DNA from: Candidatus Altiarchaeales archaeon
Lineage (GTDB): Archaea > Altiarchaeota > Altiarchaeia > IMC4 > QMZM01
Direction: 5' to 3'
Length of the DNA stretch: 64,000 bases
Assembly (NCBI GenBank): GCA_963749405.1
Contig: CAVVMY010000013.1
Location: 1-64,000, forward strand
The position numbers and the translations under genes were made by a program. Of the stretch, positions 37,260-47,716 are shown one piece after another. Every line of letters starts with the position of its first letter. Position 1 is the first letter of the stretch. The notes beneath the pieces were generated by a model. The model saw only the letters and a program-made list of their open reading frames with translations. It ran no database searches and was not told the DNA's origin.

Positions 37260-37664
37260 TCAATGGCCTATCCTGTTTTTCCCGTTTTTTTGGGTTTGGA
37301 TGTGTTCTGGTTTTTTTATTCCTGTCTTCTCTCTTAGTTTTTTCAGGGTTCCGGAAACAGTCAGCGTATGGTAAGCTGCCGTGTGCTTGTTTTCTTCCTT
37401 CTTTATTTCCGTAATCAGGGTCAATGCCGCCTTTATGTCGTCTACCGACCTGTGGTTTACTTTTATTATGCCTCTCTGCATGTCCTGGTCCCAGTCCATG
37501 ATCCACATGCTTGTCTGGCTTGTTCCTTTTTCGCCCAGGTATCTTAGGGAGGCGTTCCAGGCGGCTTTCACTACTTCGTCGCGGGAGAATTTCTGGTCTG
37601 ATATTATCTCAAATGCCAGGTAGCGGTTCTTTTCTCTTAGCGTTGGGGGGAGTAGTTTAGGCAT
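37260..37664 (-). CDS. rnp2: RNase P protein component 2 (Pop5/Rpp14 homolog)
   Basis: MPKLLPPTLREKNRYLAFEIISDQKFSRDEVVKAAWNASLRYLGEKGTS matches the archaeal Pop5 N-terminus (LPPTLR.K.RYIAFE…). Confidence 0.8.
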   Translation of the reverse strand: MPKLLPPTLREKNRYLAFEIISDQKFSRDEVVKAAWNASLRYLGEKGTSQTSMWIMDWDQDMQRGIIKVNHRSVDDIKAALTLITEIKKEENKHTAAYHTLTVSGTLKKLREKTGIKKPEHIQTQKNGKNRIGH

Positions 37665-37748
37665 TTTCTTATATTAGATATAGGTATTGTAGATTTTATA
37701 GGTAGTTTCCCTTCTATTTAAATGTAGTAGTATCATCGTATCAGGCGT

Positions 37749-40700
37749 ATGTTATCCACTGAGAAAGAGTATGGCTTGGATCTTCTGGGTGTAAGGAATG
37801 CCCAGGATGGATTTGACCGGCTGGTTAAGGCTTTTGGTTTGTCCCCTACTGCAATAGTTGTTTTAAATCCTGGGGGAATTATCGAGTACGCTAATTCCGC
37901 TTTTCTGTCGATGGGTGGTTCTACTGATCCTGGCGTAGTTATTGGTAAGCCTTTTGCTTCTTTTATGGACTTGGAAGGCCGAAGCAGGCTTGCCGGCGAG
38001 ATTTTTCCTGTGCTTCTTTCCAAGAAGACATGGAGTGGAGAGCTAACCCTTAAGAGGAAGGACGGTTCAGCATGTGTGGCAGAGATGCGTTGTTCTGTCA
38101 TCGTCGACGACGCGGGAGAGCCTGCTCATTTCCTGTTTAACCTGTACGACATCACTGAACGTAAGACGGCAGAGGAAATGGTGGAGGAAAGCGAGTCGAT
38201 GTATCGGGCGCTTATTGAAACAACAGGTACCGGTTATGTGATTATCGACGATAAGGGCAGGGTTATTGATGCCAACCCTGAATACGTCCGGCTCACCGGC
38301 CACTCTGACCTGAATGAAATACGCGGCAACTCTGTTCTTGATTGGACTGCCGATTATGAGAAAGAAAAAAACGCCGAGGCTGTCGCAAAGTGCGCAAGAG
38401 ACGGATATATCAAAAATTTAGAGATCGATTACGTCGACAAGCTCGGGAAGATCACCCCAATTGAGCTAAATGCGAAAGTGATGGTCAGGGATAATAAGCC
38501 GCAGATACTTACGCTATGCCGCGACATCACAGAGCGCAGGAAGAGCGAAGAGGCGTTGCAGGAGAGCGAAGAGAAATATCGCCAGTTGGTCGAGAGGGCG
38601 AATGATGGCATTACCATAATCCAGGACGGGGTCATCAAGTATGTCAACCGCCGTCTGCTGGAGCTATGGGGCGGAACGAGCGATACAGTAGTACGCAGTC
38701 CTTTTATTGATTTCATCCATCCTGATGAGCGTCTCAAGGTGATGGAACTCTACAAGCAGCGTATTGCAGGTGGCAGTGCCGATTCAGTTTATGAGACTGC
38801 GGTTATTAACCGCGAGGGCCGTAAGATACCTGTCGAATTAAACGCAGGCATAATCAGGTATCAGGGCAAGCCCGCAGATATGGTCTTCGTCCGCGACATC
38901 ACAGAGCGTAAGAAGGTTGAGGAGGCGTTAAAGGAAAAGGAGGTTGCTATAGAGTCCATGGTTCAGAGCTCTGCCGTAGCTACCTTTGTCATAGACTCAG
39001 ACCATAAAGTGCTTTACTGGAACAAAGCCTGCGAAGAACTGACCGGCGCCAAAGCAAAGGACTTGATAGGCACTTGCGACCACTGGAAGGCGTTCTATGA
39101 CCACAAACGCTACTGCGTTGCAGACTTGATCATCGACAACAGGTTTGAGGATATGACGAAACTCTATAAGGTCTATGCAAGGTCCACGCTCATACCAAAC
39201 GGCTTGCACGCCGAAGGATGGTATCCTAATCTCGGAGGAAAAAATCGGTACATAGTATTCGATGCTGCACCGATATACAATGCCGCCGGGAAGCTGACAG
39301 GAGCCATAGAAACTCTGCATGACATTACAGGGCATAAGACGACAGAGGATGCGCTGAGAGAGACGAGCGAATACCTGGAAAATCTGGTAAACTACGCCAA
39401 TGCGCCGATAATCGTCTGGAATCTGGAATCCAAGATCACCAGGTTCAATCATGCCTTCGAGCATCTCACTGACTACGCTGCCGGCGAGGTCATAGGCAAA
39501 GAACTGAGAATGCTATTCCCGGAGGCGAATAGGGATGACTCTCTTAAGAAGATTGCCCGCACGCTGAGCGGTGAACGCTGGGAATCAGTGGAAATCCCGA
39601 TCCTTTGCAGGGATGGGAAGACAAAGACCTTGCTTTGGAATTCGGCAAACATCTATGACAAAGAAGGCAGGTCTCTTTTAGCGACTATCGCCCAGGGAGT
39701 GGACATCACAGGCCTCAAGAAGGCTGAAGAGGCTACGGGTATGCAATTGTTTAAATTCAAAGTCCTTTACGAACTGGCCCTGAACCTGCAGGAAAAGACC
39801 CTTGAAGAAAACCTCAGATACATCGTGGAAAAGGCACGAGAACTGCTCAACTCAGACACTGCATACATAGGCCTATGCGACGACGACTACAAGGAGATGT
39901 ACATGCATACCCTATCAGGCATCAATACCGACGCATTCAAGAATATGCGCCTCCCATACGGAAAAGGCCTTGGGGGACTGGTTATGCAGACCCGCAAGGG
40001 CTATATCATAGAAGATTATTTTAATGACCCCCAGATAACACGTGCTGTCGACAAAATCGTCATAGACGAGGGAGTAATTTCCGGAATGGCTGCCCCGGTA
40101 CATGCCGGACCCATAAACCTGGGCGTTCTATATGTATTCAACCGCACAAAAACCAAGTACACCGAGGAAGACCTCGCAACCCTGATGCTGCTCGGAAACC
40201 TGGCAGCAATAGAGATAACAAACAAAAGATCGCAGCAGGCATTGGAGGATTCACGGCAGCGCATGGCAGACATCATAAACTTTTTACCGGATGCTACAGT
40301 CGTCATAGACAAAGACTGCAAAGTCATAGCCTGGAACAAGGCCATAGAAGAACTAACCGGCCTGAAAGCTGAAAACATAATCGGCAAAGGAGAATACGAG
40401 TACGGCATCCCCTTCTACGGCGAAAAGAGGCCCATATTCATAGACCTCATAGGAAAGCCGCTTGAAGAAATAGCATCCCTCGGCTATACCTCCCTGACAA
40501 AAGAAGGAGACACCCTGTTTGCCGAAGTGCCTGTAAAACTAAACGGAAAAGAGACAGAAACATACCTATGGCTCAAGGCGTCGCCGATCTACGACACCAA
40601 AGGACAACGCATCGGCTCCATTGAATCAATGAGAGACGTAACCAGCAGGAAAAAAGTAGATAACGCCTTAGGCGAGGACCTTAAGAAACAGGAAGCCATT

Positions 40701-42017
40701 TCCAAAATTTCTTCCATATACCTGGGCTTGGAAAACTTTGATGAGAATACCAATAACGTACTTAAAATACTTGGAGAATTAACAGGTGTTTCAAGGGTCT
40801 ATGTCTTTGAGGACTATGACGAAGGCAGGAAGACAAGGAACACATATGAATGGGTTAATACCGGCATAACGCCTCAAATAAGCAACATGCAGGACCTGTC
40901 CTATGACATAATGCCCTCCTTTAGAAAGACGCTGGATGAAAAAGGCGTCATTTCCTCATCTGATACCAAGATGTTCCCAAAAGACTTCCACGACATCCTC
41001 TCACCCGAAGAAATCAAATCTGTTTACGTGCTACCCTTGATGGTACACAACAAGTTCTACGGCTTCATAGGCCTGGAAGACTGCAAAACAAACAGGGAAT
41101 GGACCTACCCGGACATCACATTGTTCCACACAGTCTCACAGATAATATCAGAAGCATTTGAAAGGAAAATAGTGGAAGAACAGATACGCAAGAGAAACGA
41201 AGACCTTGAGACAAGAAAACAAGTCATCATGGACATAATGGAAGACCTCAAACACTCGCTCGAAGAACAGAAAAAACTGGAAAAGATCAAGACAGAGTTC
41301 CTAAGCATCACAAGCCATGAGCTGCGAACACCCATAACCCCCATGAAGGCGCAGCTACAGATGATGCTAAACAAGTATTTCGGAAACCTTACCGAAGAAC
41401 AGAAGACCAGCCTGGATATGATACTGAGAAACTCCGAAAGGCTGGACCGGCTGATAAGCGACATATTAGACATATCAAAACTGGAGTCAGGGAACATGAA
41501 GTTCAACCCGAGCAAAGAAGATCTAAATGAAATAATCAAAAATTCCGTGGAGACAATGAAATATCCTGCCAATGACAGACACATAAAAATACGGATGACC
41601 CTTGAAAACAATATCCCCCCCATACCATTGGACAAGGACAAGATAACCCAGGTGATGCTAAACCTCCTGAGCAACGCAGTAAAGTTCACAGATCCGGGCA
41701 CGCAGATAAGCATCAAAACCATCGACTGCAAGGATAAGGCCCTCGTGGAAGTAGCAGACACAGGCATAGGGATACCGGAAGACGCGCAAAAGAAACTGTT
41801 CACGCCTTTCTTCCAAGCTGACTCAAGCATGAACCGCTATCACGAAGGAACCGGCCTGGGACTTGCCATCTGCAAAGGCATAATAATGAACCACGGCGGA
41901 GAAATAGGGGTTAGAAGCGATCCCGGCAAGGGTTCTGTCTTTTACTTTACCCTGCCGTACAAGGAAACCGCAACCGGGGCAGTAAGGGAAGTAGAGTTAT
42001 TTAAGCTTAATAAATAG
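37749..42017 (+). CDS. Multi-domain sensor histidine kinase (multiple PAS/PAC + GAF domains, HisKA, HATPase_c), 1422 aa
   Basis: Repeated PAS-type segments (…DITERK… motifs). HisKA H-box ITSHELRTPITPMKAQLQMM. ATPase motifs NLLSNAVKFT, DTGIGIP, GTGLGLAICKGI. Confidence 0.85.
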   Translation: MLSTEKEYGLDLLGVRNAQDGFDRLVKAFGLSPTAIVVLNPGGIIEYANSAFLSMGGSTDPGVVIGKPFASFMDLEGRSRLAGEIFPVLLSKKTWSGELTLKRKDGSACVAEMRCSVIVDDAGEPAHFLFNLYDITERKTAEEMVEESESMYRALIETTGTGYVIIDDKGRVIDANPEYVRLTGHSDLNEIRGNSVLDWTADYEKEKNAEAVAKCARDGYIKNLEIDYVDKLGKITPIELNAKVMVRDNKPQILTLCRDITERRKSEEALQESEEKYRQLVERANDGITIIQDGVIKYVNRRLLELWGGTSDTVVRSPFIDFIHPDERLKVMELYKQRIAGGSADSVYETAVINREGRKIPVELNAGIIRYQGKPADMVFVRDITERKKVEEALKEKEVAIESMVQSSAVATFVIDSDHKVLYWNKACEELTGAKAKDLIGTCDHWKAFYDHKRYCVADLIIDNRFEDMTKLYKVYARSTLIPNGLHAEGWYPNLGGKNRYIVFDAAPIYNAAGKLTGAIETLHDITGHKTTEDALRETSEYLENLVNYANAPIIVWNLESKITRFNHAFEHLTDYAAGEVIGKELRMLFPEANRDDSLKKIARTLSGERWESVEIPILCRDGKTKTLLWNSANIYDKEGRSLLATIAQGVDITGLKKAEEATGMQLFKFKVLYELALNLQEKTLEENLRYIVEKARELLNSDTAYIGLCDDDYKEMYMHTLSGINTDAFKNMRLPYGKGLGGLVMQTRKGYIIEDYFNDPQITRAVDKIVIDEGVISGMAAPVHAGPINLGVLYVFNRTKTKYTEEDLATLMLLGNLAAIEITNKRSQQALEDSRQRMADIINFLPDATVVIDKDCKVIAWNKAIEELTGLKAENIIGKGEYEYGIPFYGEKRPIFIDLIGKPLEEIASLGYTSLTKEGDTLFAEVPVKLNGKETETYLWLKASPIYDTKGQRIGSIESMRDVTSRKKVDNALGEDLKKQEAISKISSIYLGLENFDENTNNVLKILGELTGVSRVYVFEDYDEGRKTRNTYEWVNTGITPQISNMQDLSYDIMPSFRKTLDEKGVISSSDTKMFPKDFHDILSPEEIKSVYVLPLMVHNKFYGFIGLEDCKTNREWTYPDITLFHTVSQIISEAFERKIVEEQIRKRNEDLETRKQVIMDIMEDLKHSLEEQKKLEKIKTEFLSITSHELRTPITPMKAQLQMMLNKYFGNLTEEQKTSLDMILRNSERLDRLISDILDISKLESGNMKFNPSKEDLNEIIKNSVETMKYPANDRHIKIRMTLENNIPPIPLDKDKITQVMLNLLSNAVKFTDPGTQISIKTIDCKDKALVEVADTGIGIPEDAQKKLFTPFFQADSSMNRYHEGTGLGLAICKGIIMNHGGEIGVRSDPGKGSVFYFTLPYKETATGAVREVELFKLNK

Positions 42018-42050
42018 GATGCATTAAAATATATAAGAGGATAACCGACC

Positions 42051-42458
42051 GTGGATGAACAAAAAATGACCAGTAGGATAATGATAGTAGACGACAACAA
42101 AGATATTGTAGACTCTCTCAGGACCATTATGAAAAAAGAGGGCTACATGACTTGCATAGCGTATAACGGTGAAGAATTCCTGAAAAAAGTAGATGAGTTC
42201 AGACCGGATATCGTCCTACTCGATGTGATGATGCCCGGCCTTACCACGGAACAGATAATGGAGCGCCTAAAACAAAGGGGCTTTGGCAACCTGAAAGTTA
42301 TTCTTGTCACAGTCGTGAGATTCTCCGAGGAGGAGAGAAAGATGCTGTACGAAGTATTGAACATAACGGATTACATAACAAAGCCTTTTGACATATTCGA
42401 ACTCGTAGGCAAAGTCAACCAGCACCTCAATAAGCCAGTCAGTATGCAGGCGAAATAA
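42051..42458 (+). CDS. CheY-like response regulator receiver domain protein
   Basis: RIMIVDDNKDIVDSLRTIMKKEGYMTCIAYNGEEFLKKVDEFRPDIVLLDVMMPG…KPF. Confidence 0.8.
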   Translation: MDEQKMTSRIMIVDDNKDIVDSLRTIMKKEGYMTCIAYNGEEFLKKVDEFRPDIVLLDVMMPGLTTEQIMERLKQRGFGNLKVILVTVVRFSEEERKMLYEVLNITDYITKPFDIFELVGKVNQHLNKPVSMQAK

Positions 42459-42465
42459 AGCAAAA

Positions 42466-43065
42466 ATGGAAGACGAACACGGGATTTCCGACATAAACTA
42501 CTGGATTGACGTAAAAGATATTACAAACGTTGTATCTACGAGCAAGGGGATAATCCTGATAGTCCATAACTACGTAGCATTCGAAGACTTCATCGATTTC
42601 ATAAACCGGCTGCCCGGCCCGGAACAAAGCACCATAGTCTATATCTCATTAAACAAGACATACGATTACATTAAGCGCTATCTCCAACAGATAAAGCCAA
42701 AGATATTCATCGTTGACGGCGTCTCAGCAGGCTTGTTCGCCAAGATTAAAGAGTTTGAGGGTGCGAGTTTCGTTGCGCCGCCCCTGACATTGAATAACCT
42801 TTTTGACGTGATAGAGACGTATTATAAGCAAAAGATGCCGGATTACATATTCGTAGACGCCATGTCCCAGCTTTTGGATTTCTCGTCCGTATCCTATGAC
42901 CCTGGAGGGTTTGCCCTCTTTTCAGACAAACTGCATGCGATGCTGGGCACGGGACATACGAAGCTGGTCTTCTTATACGGCGCAGGCAATTACATGCATC
43001 TAAATCTTCCGAAGACGCATGTAGAGCAGATGATCAGGATGGACGTCTACAAGTCCAGGGTGTGA
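42466..43065 (+). CDS. Hypothetical protein (199 aa), likely associated with the two-component pair
   Basis: ORF directly abuts the receiver gene. No confident motif. Confidence 0.3.
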   Translation: MEDEHGISDINYWIDVKDITNVVSTSKGIILIVHNYVAFEDFIDFINRLPGPEQSTIVYISLNKTYDYIKRYLQQIKPKIFIVDGVSAGLFAKIKEFEGASFVAPPLTLNNLFDVIETYYKQKMPDYIFVDAMSQLLDFSSVSYDPGGFALFSDKLHAMLGTGHTKLVFLYGAGNYMHLNLPKTHVEQMIRMDVYKSRV

Positions 43066-43147
43066 GGTTTTCGTGCCGGAAAATAGGCATTTCTGCCTTT
43101 TTTTAGCGCATTCTCAATAATTATATTATATGCGTATTTTTTCTAAA

Positions 43148-44500
43148 ATGGCCACAGAAAACACTAAAATCGTATTGGATGAAAACGAGATGCCCAAGAA
43201 ATGGTACAACATAAATCCCGACCTGCCTAAGCCGCTTCCTGCGCCGCTGCATCCTGGAACGCATGAGCCGCTCACCCCGAAAGACCTTGCTCCTTTGTTC
43301 CCTATGGAGCTGATAAGGCAGGAGATGAGCATGGAGCGCAATATCCCAATTCCCGATGAGGTGCTGGGAATCTACAGGCTGTGGAGGCCTTCGCCGCTTT
43401 ATCGGGCAAGGAGGCTGGAAAAGGCTCTCAAGACCAAGGCAAAAATCTACTATAAATGGGAGGGCGTAAGCCCTGCCGGCAGCCATAAGCCGAATACTGC
43501 CATCCCACAGGCATATTACAACATGAAAGAAGGCGTCGAAAGGCTTACAACCGAGACCGGCGCGGGTCAGTGGGGTTCGGCTCTTGCCCTTGCAACATGT
43601 CTTTTCGGCCTCAAATGCACTGTCTACATGGTCAAAGTCAGCTATGAGCAGAAGCCTTACAGGAAAATAATGATGGAGACCTGGGGCGCGGAAGTGTTCC
43701 CAAGCCCGACAGAGAGGACGGAAGCAGGCAAAGTGATACTCAAAGAGGACCCAACCAGTCCGGGCAGTCTTGGCATTGCAATATCCGAGGCGGTCGAAGA
43801 CGCTGTTAAGAGCGGCGCTAAATACTCGCTTGGTAGTGTCCTAAATCATGTGCTGATGCATCAGAGCATAATCGGCTTGGAGGCGAAAAAAGCCCTTGAA
43901 TCCATCGACCAGTATCCCGACATAGTCATAGGCTGCTTCGGCGGAGGAAGCAATTTCTCAGGCCTTGCCTTCCCGTTCATGCATGACAAATTGAAAGGCG
44001 ATAAAGAAGATCTTAGAGCGATTGCCTGCGAGCCTACTGCCTGCCCGAAGCTTTCCAAGGGTGTGTATGCTTATGATTTCGGAGACACCGTCGGGCTTAC
44101 GCCTCTGGTAAAGATGTACACCCTGGGCCACACGTTCGTTCCTCCTGGGATACATGCAGGAGGCCTGCGTTACCACGGAGGAGCGCCGCAGGTCTCGCTT
44201 CTGGAAGCCGAAGGCAAGGTAGAAGTAAAGGATGTGAACCAGACCGATGCATTCAAAGCCGCGGAATTGTTCGCAAGGACTGAGGGGATAATCATAGCGC
44301 CTGAGACCGCTCATGCCGTGCAGGGAGTGATAGAAGAAGCCAAGAGATGCCAGGAGGAAAAAGTAATACTCTTCAACTGCTCCGGGCACGGCAACTTCGA
44401 TCTCGCGTCATACGATGCATTCCACCATGGAAAATTGAAGGACTTCGAATACCCCTCTGAGAAGGTCAAAGAGGCCTTAAAGCACCTGCCGAAGATGTAA
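43148..44500 (+). CDS. trpB2: TrpB2-type tryptophan synthase beta-like PLP enzyme
   Basis: …[48 protein letters not shown]…, a TrpB-like PLP lysine region, plus the long N-terminal extension typical of TrpB2. ~450 aa. Confidence 0.75.
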   Translation: MATENTKIVLDENEMPKKWYNINPDLPKPLPAPLHPGTHEPLTPKDLAPLFPMELIRQEMSMERNIPIPDEVLGIYRLWRPSPLYRARRLEKALKTKAKIYYKWEGVSPAGSHKPNTAIPQAYYNMKEGVERLTTETGAGQWGSALALATCLFGLKCTVYMVKVSYEQKPYRKIMMETWGAEVFPSPTERTEAGKVILKEDPTSPGSLGIAISEAVEDAVKSGAKYSLGSVLNHVLMHQSIIGLEAKKALESIDQYPDIVIGCFGGGSNFSGLAFPFMHDKLKGDKEDLRAIACEPTACPKLSKGVYAYDFGDTVGLTPLVKMYTLGHTFVPPGIHAGGLRYHGGAPQVSLLEAEGKVEVKDVNQTDAFKAAELFARTEGIIIAPETAHAVQGVIEEAKRCQEEKVILFNCSGHGNFDLASYDAFHHGKLKDFEYPSEKVKEALKHLPKM

Positions 44501-45130
44501 ATGGATTACCTGGGCGCATTGTTATTGCTTGGCATCGGTTTTGCAGTAGGGCTTTCCGGCGCAATGATGCCGGGCCCTCTTCTTATTTACACCGTGCAGG
44601 AATCATTAAAAAGGGGCAAATGGGTGGGCGCACTTGTTATACTCGGCCATGCCATCGTCGAAGTATTCGTATTCCTGTTGCTCGTATTTGGTTTCTTATC
44701 ATTTTTATCGACTCCTGATTTTACAAGAGCAGTCAGCATCATCGGAGGAGTTTCGCTCATACTGATGGCTGCGCGTTCCCTGAAAGACACCGGCTCAAAA
44801 GTCGAATTGAAAATCAAAAAAGAAAAGCACGGGCTCATAGCAGGCGGCATCATATTCACTGCATTCAATCCCGGCTTTCCCGTTTGGTGGATGACTGCGG
44901 GGACGCGGCTACTGATGGAGGGCTTCGATCGGATGGGAGTCTGGGGAATGGTATTCGTCCTTGTCGGCCACTGGGGCGCAGACCTCGGATGGTTTCTACT
45001 CGTATCTCTTACAGCATCGAAGGGCAGCAGGTTTCTGTTCGAGAAAGGCTGGTATAGGAGGGTGAGGATAGCGCTTTCCGGGATATTGTCTATACTCGGC
45101 GCATATTTTCTATGGACTGGGATCAGATAA
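44501..45130 (+). CDS. LysE/RhtB-type amino-acid exporter family membrane protein
   Basis: MDYLGALLLLGIGFAVGLSGAMMPGPLLIYTVQESLKRGKWVGALVILGHAIVEVFVFLLLVFG, the LysE-type translocator N-terminal signature. 6 TM. Confidence 0.7.
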   Translation: MDYLGALLLLGIGFAVGLSGAMMPGPLLIYTVQESLKRGKWVGALVILGHAIVEVFVFLLLVFGFLSFLSTPDFTRAVSIIGGVSLILMAARSLKDTGSKVELKIKKEKHGLIAGGIIFTAFNPGFPVWWMTAGTRLLMEGFDRMGVWGMVFVLVGHWGADLGWFLLVSLTASKGSRFLFEKGWYRRVRIALSGILSILGAYFLWTGIR

Positions 45131-45153
45131 AAAAATATAAGCGGAAAAAGAAA

Positions 45154-45648
45154 TCAGTTGAGCTTTTTCTCGATCTCTGCAAGTTCGTTATCGAATGCCG
45201 CCATCTGTTCGTGGATGGAGAGTAGTTTCTTGCGCATTAGCGTTATCGCAGTTTTCAGGTCTGGTGCGGTTGCTATTGATTGCTGTAATGGGATTGCTGT
45301 CTGTGTCTGTGGTGCTGCCGGCATGGCTGCTTGCTGCTGCGGAGCCTGTTGTTGGGTCGGTGTTCCCTGTTTGAATGCGTTCTCAACCCATCTGAGTCTG
45401 GAGTTCAGGTTTGCGGCAGGTGATGAGTGGTCTATGCTCATCCATCTGGGATTTGCAGCGCTTGGCGCTGCTCCTGAGGGGGAGTTCTCACGTATTGCGG
45501 TGTTGGCTATCCTTGTTAGGAATGTTGACGTATTGACAGGCTTTGCAGGGGCTGCTGGCGCTTTCGGCGAGGGTATCGGTGCCGCAGGCTTGGCATTTGT
45601 CGTGCTTCCGTTCAGGGAGTATCTTCTTCTTTGGTTGTCGTCTACCAT
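45154..45648 (-). CDS. P/A/Q-rich low-complexity protein with C-terminal coiled-coil (164 aa)
   Basis: ORF immediately downstream of sepF on the same strand. Ends …LKTAITLMRKKLLSIHEQMAAFDNELAEIEKKLN. Confidence 0.35.
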   Translation of the reverse strand: MVDDNQRRRYSLNGSTTNAKPAAPIPSPKAPAAPAKPVNTSTFLTRIANTAIRENSPSGAAPSAANPRWMSIDHSSPAANLNSRLRWVENAFKQGTPTQQQAPQQQAAMPAAPQTQTAIPLQQSIATAPDLKTAITLMRKKLLSIHEQMAAFDNELAEIEKKLN

Positions 45649-45664
45649 TTTGTTTTTCTCGTGT

Positions 45665-46054
45665 TTATTCCTCTCCGGGTTCGCTGGACGATGGATATGC
45701 TATTTCCATCCCTTCGGGCAGTATCATTATCTTTACCTGGGAAACCCTTGCTATGTCTCCGCCGTTGGCTTGGCAGTATTTCTTTACTGCACTTATCCTT
45801 TTATATAGTTCTGCCTGGTCTTTTGCGAGTTTTGTAAGGTCTGCTATGACAATGTTGCCTGCCTTGAATTCTTTCTTTACGTCTTCGATTGCGGTTTCTG
45901 TGTCCAGGTCTATGGGTTTTACATAGATCATCCCTTCCTGTTCTATGAAGCCGTCTTCACCTACTTTGAGGCTGTCTACGTAGTTTTCTACGTCTACGGA
46001 TTCCTCAACGCTTTTCTTGGTTTTACCCCACGGAAACGGATTCCAGTTCGTCAC
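45665..46054 (-). CDS. sepF: Cell-division protein SepF (DUF552)
   Basis: …MIYVKPIDLDTETAIEDVKKEFKAGNIVIADLTKL…ISAVKKYCQANGGDIARVSQVKIMILPEGMEI matches the SepF family pattern. Sits beside ftsZ. Confidence 0.7.
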   Translation of the reverse strand: MTNWNPFPWGKTKKSVEESVDVENYVDSLKVGEDGFIEQEGMIYVKPIDLDTETAIEDVKKEFKAGNIVIADLTKLAKDQAELYKRISAVKKYCQANGGDIARVSQVKIMILPEGMEIAYPSSSEPGEE

Positions 46055-46346
46055 TTTCCATCACCTTCTTTTTAGACTTGTGCAAGTCTTTATGCGGTCT
46101 AGCCTTTGTCAGTATTATGTCGCCTACGCTTGTAACTCCGTCGTAGTTTATCCCTTCCTCCTTTAGAACTCTTTTCAGTTCGCTGGAATCAGCAGATACT
46201 CCGTTGAGGGGTTTTAGGTATAGCGACATCGCTATGCCTTCTTCAAGGTTCAATAAAATATCCTCTACTTTCCCTATATATCCTCCGCTCGTGGAGTATA
46301 TGTCAAGTCCGTAGAGGCTTGAAAGCTTTTTACTCATTTTTATCAC
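46023..46346 (-). CDS. PRC-barrel domain protein
   Basis: LSSLYGLDIYSTSGGYIGKVEDILLNLEEGI…, a PRC-barrel signature. Lies between ftsZ and sepF as in many Euryarchaeota. Confidence 0.6.
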   Translation of the reverse strand: MIKMSKKLSSLYGLDIYSTSGGYIGKVEDILLNLEEGIAMSLYLKPLNGVSADSSELKRVLKEEGINYDGVTSVGDIILTKARPHKDLHKSKKKVMESDELESVSVG

Positions 46347-46372
46347 CTGAGAATAATAAAATAAAATTAGGT

Positions 46373-47455
46373 CTATATCGACCTAATCTTTAGGTCATAT
46401 ATCTCCTGCGTGTATATGTAGGGCTCGTCTGAGTCTCTGTCTTTTTCCTTGCCCATTATGTGCTGGGATTTCACGCCTGTTGCTATCGTTATGATCTCTA
46501 CTCTGTCTTTCAGGCGCGGGTCTATTCTTGCACCCCACATGACGTTTGCCGTTGGGTCGAATTCCTGCGTTATGAGTTCGCCTATTCTGTTGGCGTCTCC
46601 CAGGGTTAGGTCTTCTCCTCCGGTTATGTGGATTAGCGCTCCTTTCGCTCCCTTGTAGTCTATGTCCAGCAGCGGGTGGTCTAGTGTGTTCTTTACGCCC
46701 ATCTCTACTTTCTCAGGGCCTTCTCCGTCTCCGACTGATATGACTGAGACTTTTCCTCCTCCAAGGACTGATTTTATGTCTGCGAAGTCCAGGTTTATCA
46801 GGGAAGGCGCTTTTATGGTTTCGGTTATGCCCTTTACTGCCCTGGCAACGATCTCGTCTGCTACGAGGAAGGCTTTGTCTATGGGCAAATTCGGCACGTA
46901 ACCCACAAGCTTGTTGTTGTCGATGACGATGACCGTGTCTGCTGCTCTTCTAAGCCGGTCGATTCCTTCGCGTGCTTTTTCAATCCTTGATCGCTCGAGG
47001 TTGAAGGGGAATGTTACTATGGCAACTACTATTGCGCCGCAGTCTCTTGCGACTTCTGCTATGACGGGTGCTGCTCCTGTTCCGGTTCCTCCGCCCATTC
47101 CTGCGCACAGGAATATTAAGTGGGTTCCTTCGAGGTAGTTTCTTATCTCGTTGCTGCTTGCTTCGGCGGCTTTCATGCCTATCTCTGGAAATCCACCTGC
47201 TCCAAGTCCTTTGGTCAGCTTGGAACCTATCAGGATCTTGGTTATGCCCTGGTCTATCTTTCTTAGGTCTTGAGCGTCGGTATTGCAGGCTGCGAGCTCG
47301 GCACCGATTATCCCTATCCTGGATAACCTGTTTACGGTGTTTCCTCCTCCACCGCCTGCGCCCATTACCACAATCCTTAGCTGGTTGCTTTCATCAAATC
47401 CGTCTGTCACGTCTTGGGCTTCCCCCTCCAGTGCTTCATCGACAAATGCCTTCAT
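46373..47455 (-). CDS. ftsZ: Cell-division GTPase FtsZ
   Basis: RIVVMGAGGGGGNTVNRL… and GMGGGTGTGAAPVIAEVARDCGAIVVAIVTFPFNLE tubulin/FtsZ signatures. Confidence 0.9.
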   Translation of the reverse strand: MKAFVDEALEGEAQDVTDGFDESNQLRIVVMGAGGGGGNTVNRLSRIGIIGAELAACNTDAQDLRKIDQGITKILIGSKLTKGLGAGGFPEIGMKAAEASSNEIRNYLEGTHLIFLCAGMGGGTGTGAAPVIAEVARDCGAIVVAIVTFPFNLERSRIEKAREGIDRLRRAADTVIVIDNNKLVGYVPNLPIDKAFLVADEIVARAVKGITETIKAPSLINLDFADIKSVLGGGKVSVISVGDGEGPEKVEMGVKNTLDHPLLDIDYKGAKGALIHITGGEDLTLGDANRIGELITQEFDPTANVMWGARIDPRLKDRVEIITIATGVKSQHIMGKEKDRDSDEPYIYTQEIYDLKIRSI

Positions 47456-47716
47456 TTTTTCACCTTTTATTTCGCATATTTACAAAATTAATCGAAGATT
47501 AGTCAAAAAAACGCCTTGTTAAATATTTTACGTTCTTCTATTTATTTCATGTATTATTCTACTATTTCATGAATTATATTACTTTAGTATTTAGTTCTAA
47601 CTAATATATAAATGCGAACCAATAGGTCGAACCGATTAACGGAATAAATGCGGCTGTAAAAATAATTCTTGTGCTATTTATACGTCTATGCATATTTGTT
47701 TCTACTAAAGGGCCAA
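47456..47716. promoter_or_regulatory. AT-rich divergent promoter region between ftsZ (-) and the MFS transporter (+)
   Basis: ~260 bp at roughly 25% GC with multiple TATA-like tracts (tttatttcatgtattattc, taatatataaatg). Confidence 0.35.

Noticed and set aside
42466-43065. Possible KaiC/RecA-like ATPase assignment for the 199-aa protein after the response regulator
   Set aside because: No Walker A/B motifs are visible, and the resemblance was only an overall impression. It is left as hypothetical.
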